From the NCBI GenBank assembly GCA_963730465.1, contig CAVSRR010000006.1, positions 432,934 to 496,933 of the forward strand: 64,000 nucleotides of DNA. The letters are read 5' to 3'. Both the position numbers and the translations under genes were made by a program. Below the pieces are notes generated by a model that ran no database searches, was not told the DNA's origin, and saw only the letters and a list, made by a program, of their open reading frames with translations. Origin of the DNA: an uncultured beta proteobacterium. GTDB taxonomy: Bacteria; Pseudomonadota; Gammaproteobacteria; Burkholderiales; Casimicrobiaceae. Positions 54,145-63,105 of this stretch are shown one piece after another; within the stretch, counting starts at the first letter, position 1, and the number at the start of each line of letters is the position of its first letter.

Positions 54145-55371
54145 TCAGATCCCGGCCCGCGCGGGTGGATAGAAAACATCCAGCGTCGGAAACTGCGCTT
54201 CCGCGCGCACGCAATCCCAAAGATAGACGGCGAAACCGAGATCACCGGTCCACAGGGAGTAACGCAATTGCCCATAACGCGATGCATCGGCCTGCGTTTG
54301 CGCGATGCCGTGCATTGCGAAGGCGCGAGCGCGTTCCAGCCACGTTGAATCGCGTGTTCGCTGATACAGCTTCAGGAACGCGTAGCCATTGCCACCGGTG
54401 CCGTGACACAGGTTGGACCCTTTGATCAGCGGACCGGCAGACCACGTGGTCTCGCCGGCCGCAAGCAGCAAATCGTCCAGCGCCGCGCCCGGGAATTCCG
54501 CCAGGCAGATGATGAATCCCGGAGCCCCGTGGCAGAACTGGAGTAGCTTCTTCTGATCGGGTCTCGCGTCGTCGAGCTCGGGACGCCAGTTGACGCCAGG
54601 CCCGACGCGATCGACGGTGCGCCGAACGGTCTCTTCGATACTGCGCTCCCAAGCAATCCAGTCCTCGGCGCGCAATAGATGTCGGCCGCGGATCAGTGGC
54701 AGTGCCGTGGCGACAAACCCGTGCACCGCGTCGAGATAGGTCGATCGCCTGCCGCCCATGTGCTGTGTCCAGTGCCAGCACAGAAATCGAGGCGACCACT
54801 CGAGCTCGCGCCAGAGCTCGGCCGCGGTCGAGCGAAACAGTTCCGCCCATCGCGGTTTCCCGCTGCGCTCGTAGAGGAACAAGGCGGCAAGCAGTGTACC
54901 CGGCGAACCGAACATCAGCTCGCGCGCGGGATGCTCGGTGTTGCCCGCGATCAGGGCGTCGAGAGCGATCTCGACTTCTTCATCTTGCCGCTCGCCCCAC
55001 TGCATCATTCGAATCGGAGTGTCGCCCATCAGAAACGAGGCCCACTCGTCTCTCCCCAATGCGCAGTTCCAGGCTCGGTTGCGCGAAACGAGTCGATCCA
55101 GGTCGGTCGCGTAGCTTCTCGAAAGCGTGACCGCGCCGACGGCGCGGAGGTAATGAAGCGCCCAGATGACGCCACAAGCTCCGTGGTACAACGGCGTCGC
55201 GAAATCTTCCGGGTCGCCATCCTCCCGGTCGAGTGGATGCAGAGGCCAATAAACATCGGGGCTAAAACGCGACTCGGTATCGGCCACGATGCGTTCGATG
55301 GCTGCTCGCGCCTCGTTCTCGTTCCATGGCAGGCGTCGGAGCCGCTCGTGTCTCTCAGGCTCGTAGAGCAT
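54145..55371 (-). CDS. LanC-like (lanthionine synthetase C-like) protein, stand-alone
   Basis: Intact, ATG 55371. LYHGACGVIWAL, GSPGTLLAALFLY, FCHGAPGFIICL, NLCHGTGGNGYAFLKLY, SLWTGDLGFAVYL, consistent with GxxG repeats and the Cys/Cys-His zinc ligands. Confidence 0.85.
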   Translation of the reverse strand: MLYEPERHERLRRLPWNENEARAAIERIVADTESRFSPDVYWPLHPLDREDGDPEDFATPLYHGACGVIWALHYLRAVGAVTLSRSYATDLDRLVSRNRAWNCALGRDEWASFLMGDTPIRMMQWGERQDEEVEIALDALIAGNTEHPARELMFGSPGTLLAALFLYERSGKPRWAELFRSTAAELWRELEWSPRFLCWHWTQHMGGRRSTYLDAVHGFVATALPLIRGRHLLRAEDWIAWERSIEETVRRTVDRVGPGVNWRPELDDARPDQKKLLQFCHGAPGFIICLAEFPGAALDDLLLAAGETTWSAGPLIKGSNLCHGTGGNGYAFLKLYQRTRDSTWLERARAFAMHGIAQTQADASRYGQLRYSLWTGDLGFAVYLWDCVRAEAQFPTLDVFYPPARAGI

Positions 55372-55405
55372 GCGGCCCTCGGCCGCTGTCGACTCCTCGG
55401 TCAAG

Positions 55406-55963
55406 CTAGTCGCGGACGCGGCCGTGCGATCCGTCCGGCCGGGGCGAGCGGCGCAAGTACGCACGCGCGATCGTAAGCGGATGGCTCAGTGCCGTGAAGA
55501 GCTGCCCCAGGCCACGCGATGGATCATGAAAGAGGCCGAGCTGGCCGAGCACCGTTCCGCGGTCGTAGTAGATGCGTTCGCCCGCCAGCCGATCATCGAC
55601 GTCGAACGTGTACACGCCGCACAGGGGGAACTCCATGCGCCTCCCCGTCGCCGGCAACCCGCGCCATGCACCGAGATGCGTCCCGCGGATGGTGACTTCT
55701 AGCACGATGCTCTCCGATCCCGCGTGCCGATCCTTCACCGCGATCGCCAGGTCGGGCAGCGCGTGCAGAAGCTCGCCGTAGTATGAGCGCACGCCGTCGC
55801 AGCCTGTACGGTGATCCTCCCAAGGCTCGTCATCGTAGCGCGCGCTCGCGCCGAAGGTCGCCATGAGCGCATCGAGGTCGTGCCGGTTCTCGCAGCGGAT
55901 ATGCTCGTCCACGATGGCCATCCGCGCCTGCACGCGCGCTACGTCGAGAACGAGGTCGCGCAT
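55406..55963 (-). CDS. SnoaL-like ester cyclase family protein
   Basis: VDEHIRCENRHDLDALMATF...YYGELLHALPDLAIAV...THLGAWRGLPATGRRMEFPLCGVYTF...ERIYYD. Confidence 0.8.
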   Translation of the reverse strand: MRDLVLDVARVQARMAIVDEHIRCENRHDLDALMATFGASARYDDEPWEDHRTGCDGVRSYYGELLHALPDLAIAVKDRHAGSESIVLEVTIRGTHLGAWRGLPATGRRMEFPLCGVYTFDVDDRLAGERIYYDRGTVLGQLGLFHDPSRGLGQLFTALSHPLTIARAYLRRSPRPDGSHGRVRD

Positions 55964-55966
55964 AAT

Positions 55967-56275
55967 TCAGGGCTCCGGATCCGCCTTCGCCGGGACGCGC
56001 AGCGCGCCGGTCACGTCGAGGTCCCGTACGACAAGCTCGTCGATTTCCAGCCGCTTGATCCGCGCGCGCCCGATCGCCAGCTGACCCACAGCGAGCGCCC
56101 CGATCGCCACCGCGCCGATGGCCATCGCGCCCAAGGCGAGTGTACCGATGGACTGGGCGATCGATTGGGTGATCTGATGCGCGCGGCGTGGTTCGTGCGT
56201 GCGCACGAGTTCGCCTTTACGACGCAAATCGCGGATGACGTCGCGGGTCAGTCGGTCTCGGGCGCGCAGCCTCAT
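55967..56275 (-). CDS. Small hypothetical protein with a glycine-zipper TM segment
   Basis: GTLALGAMAIGAVAIGALAVGQLAIG flanked by charged regions. Its stop lies 4 nt before the ester-cyclase start. Confidence 0.45.
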   Translation of the reverse strand: MRLRARDRLTRDVIRDLRRKGELVRTHEPRRAHQITQSIAQSIGTLALGAMAIGAVAIGALAVGQLAIGRARIKRLEIDELVVRDLDVTGALRVPAKADPEP

Positions 56276-56380
56276 TTGTTCGCGCTCCCGAAATCTCGGA
56301 CACGGCGCCGCGAAACGCGCCGCAAGGCGCCGCGGCACGCGACGCGGATCCGCTTCAAACAGCGGGCGGGGCGGATCTCC

Positions 56381-56674
56381 CTACGCGAGCTTGCGGAGGA
56401 TTCCATTCGTTTCCTCTTTGGAGAACGCGCGCAAGGTCTGCGTCCGGACGTTGCCCGCCGCGCCAATCGCGAGTCCGAGTGCCGTCATGCTTGCGTCGTC
56501 GCGCGCTTCGAAAATGCAGACGATGTCATAGCTGCCCAGCGTCCAGTAGAACTCCTGGGCTTTGACGCCGAATTTCTTGGCGAGTTTCTTGACCGCATCC
56601 GCGCGCTTGGTCGTGCTCTTGACACTGCGGATGCCCTGGTCGGTGAAGTTCGCGAGAACGATGTAGGTGGCCAT
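56381..56674 (-). CDS. GYD domain protein
   Basis: MATYIVLANFTDQGIRSVK...EFYWTLGSYDIVCIFEARDD...NVRTQTLRAF. Confidence 0.85.
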   Translation of the reverse strand: MATYIVLANFTDQGIRSVKSTTKRADAVKKLAKKFGVKAQEFYWTLGSYDIVCIFEARDDASMTALGLAIGAAGNVRTQTLRAFSKEETNGILRKLA

Positions 56675-56785
56675 GGTTCCTTCCTCGTGGATATGAGGCC
56701 GGTTAGGAACGTCGGGGCGGCATGGCCTCCGGACGCCGCCTCCGACTCGCGCCAACCGCCGGGCGTGCATCGCCCGGCGTGCCTT

Positions 56786-57307
56786 CTATTCGGTTGTGCT
56801 GACGAGCACGTGGTTTTCATGCTTTTCCCCGCCCAACTCGAAGTACGCGGTTCCGGTTTTGACAAGGCCGTGCTTCCGGTAGAAGGCGATGGCGGGAAAA
56901 TTACGAGCGTACACCTTGAGCCAGATAGTAGTGCTTCCCACGCAACGATGCGCCACGCGCCGGCTCTCTATGAGAAGCGACGAACCGATGCCTTTCCGGG
57001 CGAAGTGTTCCTGGACATACAAAGAGACCACCTCGACCTGGCAACTCGCGGATGGGCACTTCGCATCGACGTTGACGACTGCGTAGCCTACGATATTTTC
57101 GTCGATCCCGGCGACCAACACCGTCACGTCCTTGCGCGTAAGGAGGCTTCCAAATTTGTCGACGCTGAGCTCCGAGAGCACATAGCGAGCGATTGCAGTG
57201 TCGATTCCATCGGTCGCATAAGTGTGCAGCCACACTTGCGTAGCGAGCACGGCGAGGCGCTCGGCGTCGGAGGGAGCGCCCTCCCTGATCACGGCCTCGG
57301 CGGACAT
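56786..57307 (-). CDS. GNAT family N-acetyltransferase
   Basis: IREGAPSDAERLAVL...EVVSLYVQEHFARKGIGSSLLIES...IWLKVYARNFPAIAFYRKHGL. Intact. Confidence 0.85.
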   Translation of the reverse strand: MSAEAVIREGAPSDAERLAVLATQVWLHTYATDGIDTAIARYVLSELSVDKFGSLLTRKDVTVLVAGIDENIVGYAVVNVDAKCPSASCQVEVVSLYVQEHFARKGIGSSLLIESRRVAHRCVGSTTIWLKVYARNFPAIAFYRKHGLVKTGTAYFELGGEKHENHVLVSTTE

Positions 57308-57314
57308 GGGCCCT

Positions 57315-57800
57315 TCAGGGCTCGATTGCCACTTCCGCCTCGATCTCGACGGGTATCCCGAAGGGCAATTCGGCCATGCCGACCGCGGAGCGCGCATGCG
57401 ATCCACGCGTAGGCCCATACAATTCCAGGATCAAATCGCTGAAGCCATTGATGACTGCAGGCTGCTGCTTGAAGCCCGGCGCGGAATTGACCATGCCGAA
57501 GACGCGCAGCCACGCTGATACGCGGTCCAGCTCGCCGAGCTCGCGCTTCAGGCTGCTCAGTATGGACAGTGCGACAAGGCGTGCTGCGTTCCGACCCTGG
57601 TCGACGGACAAGTCCAGCCCGAGTTTTCCAAGCGGCGTGGCCAGTGAGCCGTCGGCACTCTGGGCCGCGTGACCCGAGACATAAGCGCGATTACCGTAGA
57701 CGCGGACCCAGGGAAAGGGCAGCGTCACTCCCGGCGGGAGCGGCAGTCGCGGGGGAAGCGCCAGTCCGAGCTCCTGGAGCTTGGTCTCGATCTTCGACAT
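57315..57800 (-). CDS. RidA/YjgF family protein
   Basis: VRVYGNRAYVSGH...VFGMVNSAPGF...ARSAVGMAELPFGIPVEIEAE. Intact. Confidence 0.85.
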   Translation of the reverse strand: MSKIETKLQELGLALPPRLPLPPGVTLPFPWVRVYGNRAYVSGHAAQSADGSLATPLGKLGLDLSVDQGRNAARLVALSILSSLKRELGELDRVSAWLRVFGMVNSAPGFKQQPAVINGFSDLILELYGPTRGSHARSAVGMAELPFGIPVEIEAEVAIEP

Positions 57801-57912
57801 GTCAACCTCCTGGCAATATCGCGAAGCCTCTTCGAGGAGTTGCACTCCGGCGTCCCGTTACTGGGTTTCCCCGGTCGGCGAAGCGCCAACGTCGCAGTTC
57901 AAGCGTGCAGCC

Positions 57913-58320
57913 TCACGGCTTTTTCGACTTCACCTCGGCGGCCCTCAGCTGCACGGCCAAGTTGCCGGCGAAGTCCGATGGCAGGTATACGTCCGCCGAG
58001 TAGGTCTGGAAGCCGTCCGCCGCGATCTGCAGCTTGAATCGACCAAGACTGGTATGCGCGAAATCGAAGAAGCCGTGCTCGTCGGTTTCCGTGGAATAGA
58101 CGATCGATGATTGCGGAGGATCGTGGCGCAGCAGAACCTTTGCGCGAGGCTGCTTGTCGACGTAGGCAACGTTCTCGAAAGCAACCCATCCGTGCAGGCT
58201 GGCGGCGCCCGACTGCGCCCAGGATGCATCTGCCGGCGTGAGCATGAGGGTCGCGACCGTCAAAGCAGCTGACGACGCCACCTGTCTTGTGAAAGACCGT
58301 AGATCGAGGAGCAGTGACAT
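57913..58320 (-). CDS. Secreted carboxypeptidase-regulatory-like (CarboxypepD_reg) domain protein
   Basis: Signal ALTVATLMLTPADASWA. LHGWV...TETDEHGFFDFAHTSLGRFKLQIAADGF. Confidence 0.6.
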   Translation of the reverse strand: MSLLLDLRSFTRQVASSAALTVATLMLTPADASWAQSGAASLHGWVAFENVAYVDKQPRAKVLLRHDPPQSSIVYSTETDEHGFFDFAHTSLGRFKLQIAADGFQTYSADVYLPSDFAGNLAVQLRAAEVKSKKP

Positions 58321-58408
58321 GTCGATTACACCGGATCGCAAATCGCCTGTCTTCGGCTCAGGCACGCCTTCCCAAGCGCGCTGGAGCAGTTGTCAGGAGC
58401 CCCTTGTC

Positions 58409-59158
58409 TTACGTCGCAAAGAACTCGACCACGCCCGTGTGCAGGTCGTACATGGCGCCAGCGATCTTGATCGCGCCGCTCGACTCCATGCCGGCGAGAA
58501 CGGGACTGCCTTTGCGGATGTCCGCGATCGTTAGCTCGACGTTCTTGCGGGCGACGGCGTCGATGAACCTGTAGTTCTTCGACGTTCTCGGGCCGTTATA
58601 GACGGTCGCGGTGACCGCAGGCTTGATTTTCGCCAGCAGCCCCGTGAGGTTGCCGAGCTCGGCGTTGTCGATCGCGCCCTTGATCGCGCCGCAGCCTGTA
58701 TGGCCCATGACGAGGACCACCTTGGCGCCCGACAGTTTGCAGGAGAACTCCATGCTGCCGAGAATGTCCGGATTTTCGACGTTGCCCGCGACGCGGCTAT
58801 TGAAAATGTCGCCGATGCGCAGGTCCATGATGGTTTCCGCGGACGCACGCGAGTCGATGCAGCTCAGCAGCACCGCGAGTGGATACTGCGCCGCGGCGCT
58901 GGCGCGTTGCTGGGCGAGAAAATCATGGTCCTCGCGCTGCCCGGTGCTGAAGCGATTGTTGCCTTTCTTCATGAGCGCCAGCACGTCGTCCGGAGTCAAC
59001 TTGTCGCGCTGTTCCTTGGTAAGCACGACCGCGTGGGCGGCTTCGCTGAGCGTTGTGCCGCCAATGAACGCTATTGCAGTCGTTGCGACCGAGGCGCGCA
59101 AGAAACGGCGACGATCGACAGCACGCGGAATCTGACACTCTTTGCAGTGCGCGGACAT
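58409..59158 (-). CDS. Beta-class carbonic anhydrase with twin-arginine signal
   Basis: Tat motif DRRRFLRAS. LSCIDSRA, NVENPDILGSMEF, VMGHTGCGAIKGA. Intact. Confidence 0.9.
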   Translation of the reverse strand: MSAHCKECQIPRAVDRRRFLRASVATTAIAFIGGTTLSEAAHAVVLTKEQRDKLTPDDVLALMKKGNNRFSTGQREDHDFLAQQRASAAAQYPLAVLLSCIDSRASAETIMDLRIGDIFNSRVAGNVENPDILGSMEFSCKLSGAKVVLVMGHTGCGAIKGAIDNAELGNLTGLLAKIKPAVTATVYNGPRTSKNYRFIDAVARKNVELTIADIRKGSPVLAGMESSGAIKIAGAMYDLHTGVVEFFAT

Positions 59159-59379
59159 GAACGATCTCCCCAGGGAATTTATTTTCGCCTTGTCTGGCAA
59201 GTGCGATGTGCCGTGCACCGAATTCGAAGGCGGCGCACGCAAACGTGGGATGGCGTCGTATCGTATGCCACAAACGACCGCGTCGCAATGCGACGCAGGA
59301 AAGCGCGATTCGACAGCCCGGATGCCGGCATCCCGCGACGTCGCTCTATCGGCGCACGCTCCGCTTGCGCTCGCGGTCG

Positions 59380-59571
59380 CTACGGTTTTCGGGGGATTCT
59401 GCGCGCACGAAAGAATACAAAAATGCCCGCGACAAACGCGGCCGCCCCGTAAATCGCCCATTGCGTTTGTCCCGTCATGAAGCTGCCCGGCAGTACATTG
59501 ATCCCCTGCAGGAACCAGACAGCGCCGATCAGCATGAGCAGAACGCCAACGATGGTCAGGGTAGTTCGCAT
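59380..59571 (-). CDS. Small 2-TM hypothetical membrane protein
   Basis: MRTTLTIVGVLLMLIGAVWFLQG...WAIYGAAAFVAGIFVFF. Confidence 0.5.
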   Translation of the reverse strand: MRTTLTIVGVLLMLIGAVWFLQGINVLPGSFMTGQTQWAIYGAAAFVAGIFVFFRARRIPRKP

Positions 59572-59598
59572 GAGTGTTTTCCCGCCCCGAGTAACCGG

Positions 59599-60081
59599 CT
59601 ACGTTGGGTCATCGATCGCCTTGAACATGCTGATGTTCGTGGGTCGATATCCGAGCTTGGCATAGAACGCGTGCGCGAGCGTGTTGTGCCCGAACACATG
59701 CAGCGCCATGCCCAGCAACCCAAGTCCCCGCGCGCGCTCTTCGAGCGCCAGCAGAGCGCGCCGGGCATGTCCCTTGCGCCTATGCTCGGGTTTGATGCTT
59801 ATTTCGTACACATAGCCAATCCGCTTGCCGGCACGATCTTGAACTGCAAACCAAAGTACACCGACACTTGCCTGTTCGTGCGAATCACGAATCGTGAAGA
59901 AATAGTTGTCGGGCGTTGCGAGCCCTTGTGGCAGCAGCTCATCGAGTGTCTTTCGCGACAGTTCGAGCGCATCGGCTATTGCCCATTGGCCGGAAGTGAT
60001 CTTTTCCGCCGCATACCTGGGAACAGCGTCTGCTGCGTACGCGACGAAGTCGTCCTGGGTCATTGGTACTAGGGCTGTCAC
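59599..60081 (-). CDS. GNAT family N-acetyltransferase
   Basis: GYVYEISIKPEHRRKGHARRALLALEERARGLGLLGMALHVFGHNTLAHAFYAKLGY. Intact. Confidence 0.85.
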   Translation of the reverse strand: MTALVPMTQDDFVAYAADAVPRYAAEKITSGQWAIADALELSRKTLDELLPQGLATPDNYFFTIRDSHEQASVGVLWFAVQDRAGKRIGYVYEISIKPEHRRKGHARRALLALEERARGLGLLGMALHVFGHNTLAHAFYAKLGYRPTNISMFKAIDDPT

Positions 60082-60192
60082 GAGAACTCTCTCAGGGTGA
60101 ATGCGTTTCCCGGCTCAGTCGCTGCGAGCACCGTTGGAGTGACGATTCGGCTTTCATTGAGACCTCCCAGGCACAAACCCAGCGCGAGGCCG

Positions 60193-60783
60193 TCACGTCG
60201 CGATGGGTCCACGCTGCGGCGCCCGCCGCGACCGCGCGCCCCAGTCGCGGGCAAGCAGTCCGTACAGGCTCGAGTCGGAAACCTCTCCCGCGACGATCCA
60301 CCGCTCTCGCAGGTGGCCTTCTTTCTTGAATCCGAGACGCTCGAGGGTCCTCGCGGAGGCAACATTTCTGGGGTCGACGTCGGCCTCTACACGGTGGAGA
60401 CTCAGCTCCGCGAAGCCGAATTCCAGGAGGGAGCTCAACGCCTCAGTCATGTATCCGTTGCCCCAGCAATCGAATGCCAGTGTATAGCCTAACTCCGCCC
60501 GCCGGCTTTGCTCGTGAAAATTGAACAACGAACACTCGCCCAGCAGCGTGCCATCGCCTTCTGCCAGTATCCCGAGACAAACGTATCGGCCGGCGCGCAT
60601 CGCCTCGATATCCCTCGCAAGGCGCTCGCGAGCGACCTCGATGCTGGTCCATGGAGGCTTGCTCAGGTAGCGTGCCACCCGGAGGTCGGCGAAGATCGCG
60701 AACAGGGCCGCTGCGTCGGGGTGTTCAAGCGGACGCAATCGCAGTCTTGGCGTGCGCAGGACGGTTCGGTCGAAGGCGCGCAT
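60193..60783 (-). CDS. GNAT family N-acetyltransferase (RimJ/RimL-like)
   Basis: LRTPRLRLRPLEHPDAAALFAIF...ELGYTLAFDCWGNGYMTEALSSLLEFGF...LHRVEADVDPRNVASARTLERLGF. Intact. Confidence 0.9.
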   Translation of the reverse strand: MRAFDRTVLRTPRLRLRPLEHPDAAALFAIFADLRVARYLSKPPWTSIEVARERLARDIEAMRAGRYVCLGILAEGDGTLLGECSLFNFHEQSRRAELGYTLAFDCWGNGYMTEALSSLLEFGFAELSLHRVEADVDPRNVASARTLERLGFKKEGHLRERWIVAGEVSDSSLYGLLARDWGARSRRAPQRGPIAT

Positions 60784-60820
60784 TAGATTCCGTGCGGCCG
60801 TTCAACACCAAGATCGGCTG

Positions 60821-61678
60821 TCACCGCGCGAAGATGCCGGGGTTGTTGCGTTTCCATATTCGCATCTCTTCTTCCTGCGGGAGATGGCCCTTGTCGTATT
60901 TTGGATCACGTACCCAGTCGATGCACGTGTCGACCATGCTTTCCACGGAATAAAAAAAGATCTCGATGCCTTGAAAGACAGAGATGATGGGCCGCTCGAA
61001 GCGCGGGTCCAGCGACTGCTGCTGACAGGGCATCACCATCCAGCCGTTTTCAAAGGCGGCGAAGGGGAAGGCATTTCTCAGCAACGTTGCGCCGGGTGGA
61101 TTGGCTCCGTAGGTTCGCATCATCGTCTCGTATTCGCGCTCGGCGTCCTGAACGGACACAAACGCGCAATCCCGGAAATCGAAGGGAGCGTGACCCGGCG
61201 AGTCATTGCGCCGCTGGCCGTTGTGCCAGGAATAGAGTCCGAGAAGCTCGTCGGGAAGCTTGGCCGGAAACCACTGGCACAGTGCACGTACTTCATCGGC
61301 GCGAAGCGGCGGCAGGAGATCCTCGGTGACCTCGAGCCCCTTCGCTTCGTACGCGAGACGAAGGAGCTCCAGCTTGGAGTGCAATCCCTCGGCCGAAAAA
61401 GTGGCTGTTGAGGGAGCCGCGGCTTGCTGCGGCGCCTTGCGCTCGGAGCACGCGACGAGGGCGGTCAGCGGTATGAAAGGCAGGAGCGATCCGAGCGCGA
61501 CAACCCTGCGACGTTGCGCGCGATTCAGGCCGCGATCGGCGAATCCACAACTGGGAATGGCACCACCGCCCCGTTGGCAACCGCTGCTTCGGTATTCACG
61601 CCCGCGACCGCGCGTCTTCCCGCCCCTGTTTGCTGTGGGCATCGCAATCCCCTTTGTCCCAACGGCGCGCAACGGCAC
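60821..61678 (-). CDS. SMI1/KNR4 (SUKH-1) family protein with a lipoprotein-like N-terminus; start uncertain
   Basis: Lipobox-like LTALVACSE. LPDELLGLYSWHNG...AFPFAAFENGWMVMP...IFFYSVESMVDTCIDWV. Lower GC than the flanks. Confidence 0.75.
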   Translation of the reverse strand: MPLRAVGTKGIAMPTANRGGKTRGRGREYRSSGCQRGGGAIPSCGFADRGLNRAQRRRVVALGSLLPFIPLTALVACSERKAPQQAAAPSTATFSAEGLHSKLELLRLAYEAKGLEVTEDLLPPLRADEVRALCQWFPAKLPDELLGLYSWHNGQRRNDSPGHAPFDFRDCAFVSVQDAEREYETMMRTYGANPPGATLLRNAFPFAAFENGWMVMPCQQQSLDPRFERPIISVFQGIEIFFYSVESMVDTCIDWVRDPKYDKGHLPQEEEMRIWKRNNPGIFAR

Positions 61679-61740
61679 CCGCCGCCCTCAAATGCCACCT
61701 CCGGAGTGTCTCCTTGGTCACGGTCAGCGATCGCCGAGCG

Positions 61741-62388
61741 TCATTCGCTCCTGCGCAAGAAGACATGCGTTGCGCGCTCGCCGACGACGTAGCGCGCGCA
61801 TTCGTAGCCCAAGGCGCGCATGTCGATGCCGTCGAAGAGATTCTCCCCGCGACCCAGCAGGATAGGCCGGACGGCCAAATGCAGCTCATCGATCAGCGCG
61901 GCGCGCAGGTATTCGCGGATGGTGGACACGCCGCCACCGAGGCGGACGTCGAGGCCGCCCGCGGCGGCGTTCGCCTGCTCCAGTGCGGAATGGATCCCTT
62001 CGGTGACGAAGCGAAACTCCGTGTCTCCCTTCATCCTGACGGGCGGTCGAGCGTGATGCGTCAACACGAACACCGGAGTGTGGTACGGCGGCTCTTCGCC
62101 CCACCAGCCCTTCCAGCTGTCGTCCGGCCACGGACCGCGGACCGGACCGAACATGTTGCGGCCGAGGATCCAGGCACCGATGCCGGCCGTGCCTTGTTGC
62201 GCAAGCTCGTTGTCGACTCCCGTCTCTCCGCCTTCCTGACCGTGCATCTTGCGCCACGCGCGGGTGTGGAAGAACCATTCCATCAGCTCGGGGCCTCTGA
62301 TCCCGAGCGGATTCTGCAAATCCTGGCCGTGGCCGGCACTGTAGCCGTCGATGGAAACGGCGAAGCTTTGAACTTTGAGTTTGGACAA
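61741..62388 (-). CDS. Dihydrofolate reductase-like (RibD C-terminal domain) family protein
   Basis: (TTG)SKLKVQSFAVSIDGY...ILGRNMFGP...VFVLTHH...GGGVSTIREYLRAALIDELHLAVRPILLG. AGGAAA RBS. Confidence 0.85.
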   Translation of the reverse strand: MSKLKVQSFAVSIDGYSAGHGQDLQNPLGIRGPELMEWFFHTRAWRKMHGQEGGETGVDNELAQQGTAGIGAWILGRNMFGPVRGPWPDDSWKGWWGEEPPYHTPVFVLTHHARPPVRMKGDTEFRFVTEGIHSALEQANAAAGGLDVRLGGGVSTIREYLRAALIDELHLAVRPILLGRGENLFDGIDMRALGYECARYVVGERATHVFLRRSE

Positions 62389-62520
62389 TGGGTTTTCCTT
62401 CGATGAGCGAGCCGAACTACGTTGCAAGCGGAGATGCACTGGACGGGCTCCGTCGACATCCGGTGGACCGAACCTCATCATGCAGCACACCCTCGTATCG
62501 GAGCGGTCATGCGTGCCGGT

Positions 62521-63010
62521 TCACTTGGCGTCCGACGGCGTGCCCGTCTCGATGTAACGCTTCAGCCGGTCAACTTGCTCGCCGATTACGCGATCGACCG
62601 CGGGCGCAATGCTCTCGAACCCACCGGCAATGAATCCGCCCACGCTGTAGGTAAGCGTGAGCTTGCTTCCTTTATCCGCCGGCGATATCAGCCAGGTCAT
62701 CGAGCCGGTGACGCCGGACGCCTGCAGTGGGCCGAGGCTGCCGATCAAGCGGAGCATCTCGTTTGTCTTCAACAGCGACGACGCGCATGTGTTCGACACC
62801 GCCGTTCGACAGCGCTCGCAGAAACCCTCCCGCACGAGGATCGATGGAATTTTGTTGTCCCCGAGTAGATTATGGGGTTCAGCGGGACGATTCGGCCGGG
62901 CAGCGCCGCGTAAGCTCGGGGAGATGCCGCGAGACTCGCTGTGGCTGCGAGACCGTCGTGAGATAGCGGATGCGCCGTTGCCCGGCATTAAGAATTCGAT
63001 CGCGATTCAT
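62521..63010 (-). CDS. SRPBCC / AHSA1-like (Aha1 domain) protein, at least 1 frame break
   Basis: C-terminal half SGVTGSMTWLISPADKGSKLTLTYSVGGFIAGGFESIAPAVDRVIGEQVDRLKRYIE. The N-terminal part from ATG 63010 lies in other frames. Confidence 0.6.
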
Positions 63011-63105
63011 GAGTAGATGGTCATTGAATCTCAAGGTTGACGGTGATTGGTGGACCAAGGCGGACGCACGGACTAGGTGCGATCGACTGCGTGCGGCGCG
63101 ACGGG

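Noticed and set aside
53799-56275. Lanthipeptide biosynthetic gene cluster around the LanC-like gene
   Set aside because: No LanB/LanM/LanKC dehydratase, no leader-peptidase/ABC exporter and no Cys- plus Ser/Thr-rich precursor. The adjacent small ORF at 55967-56275 has no cysteine.
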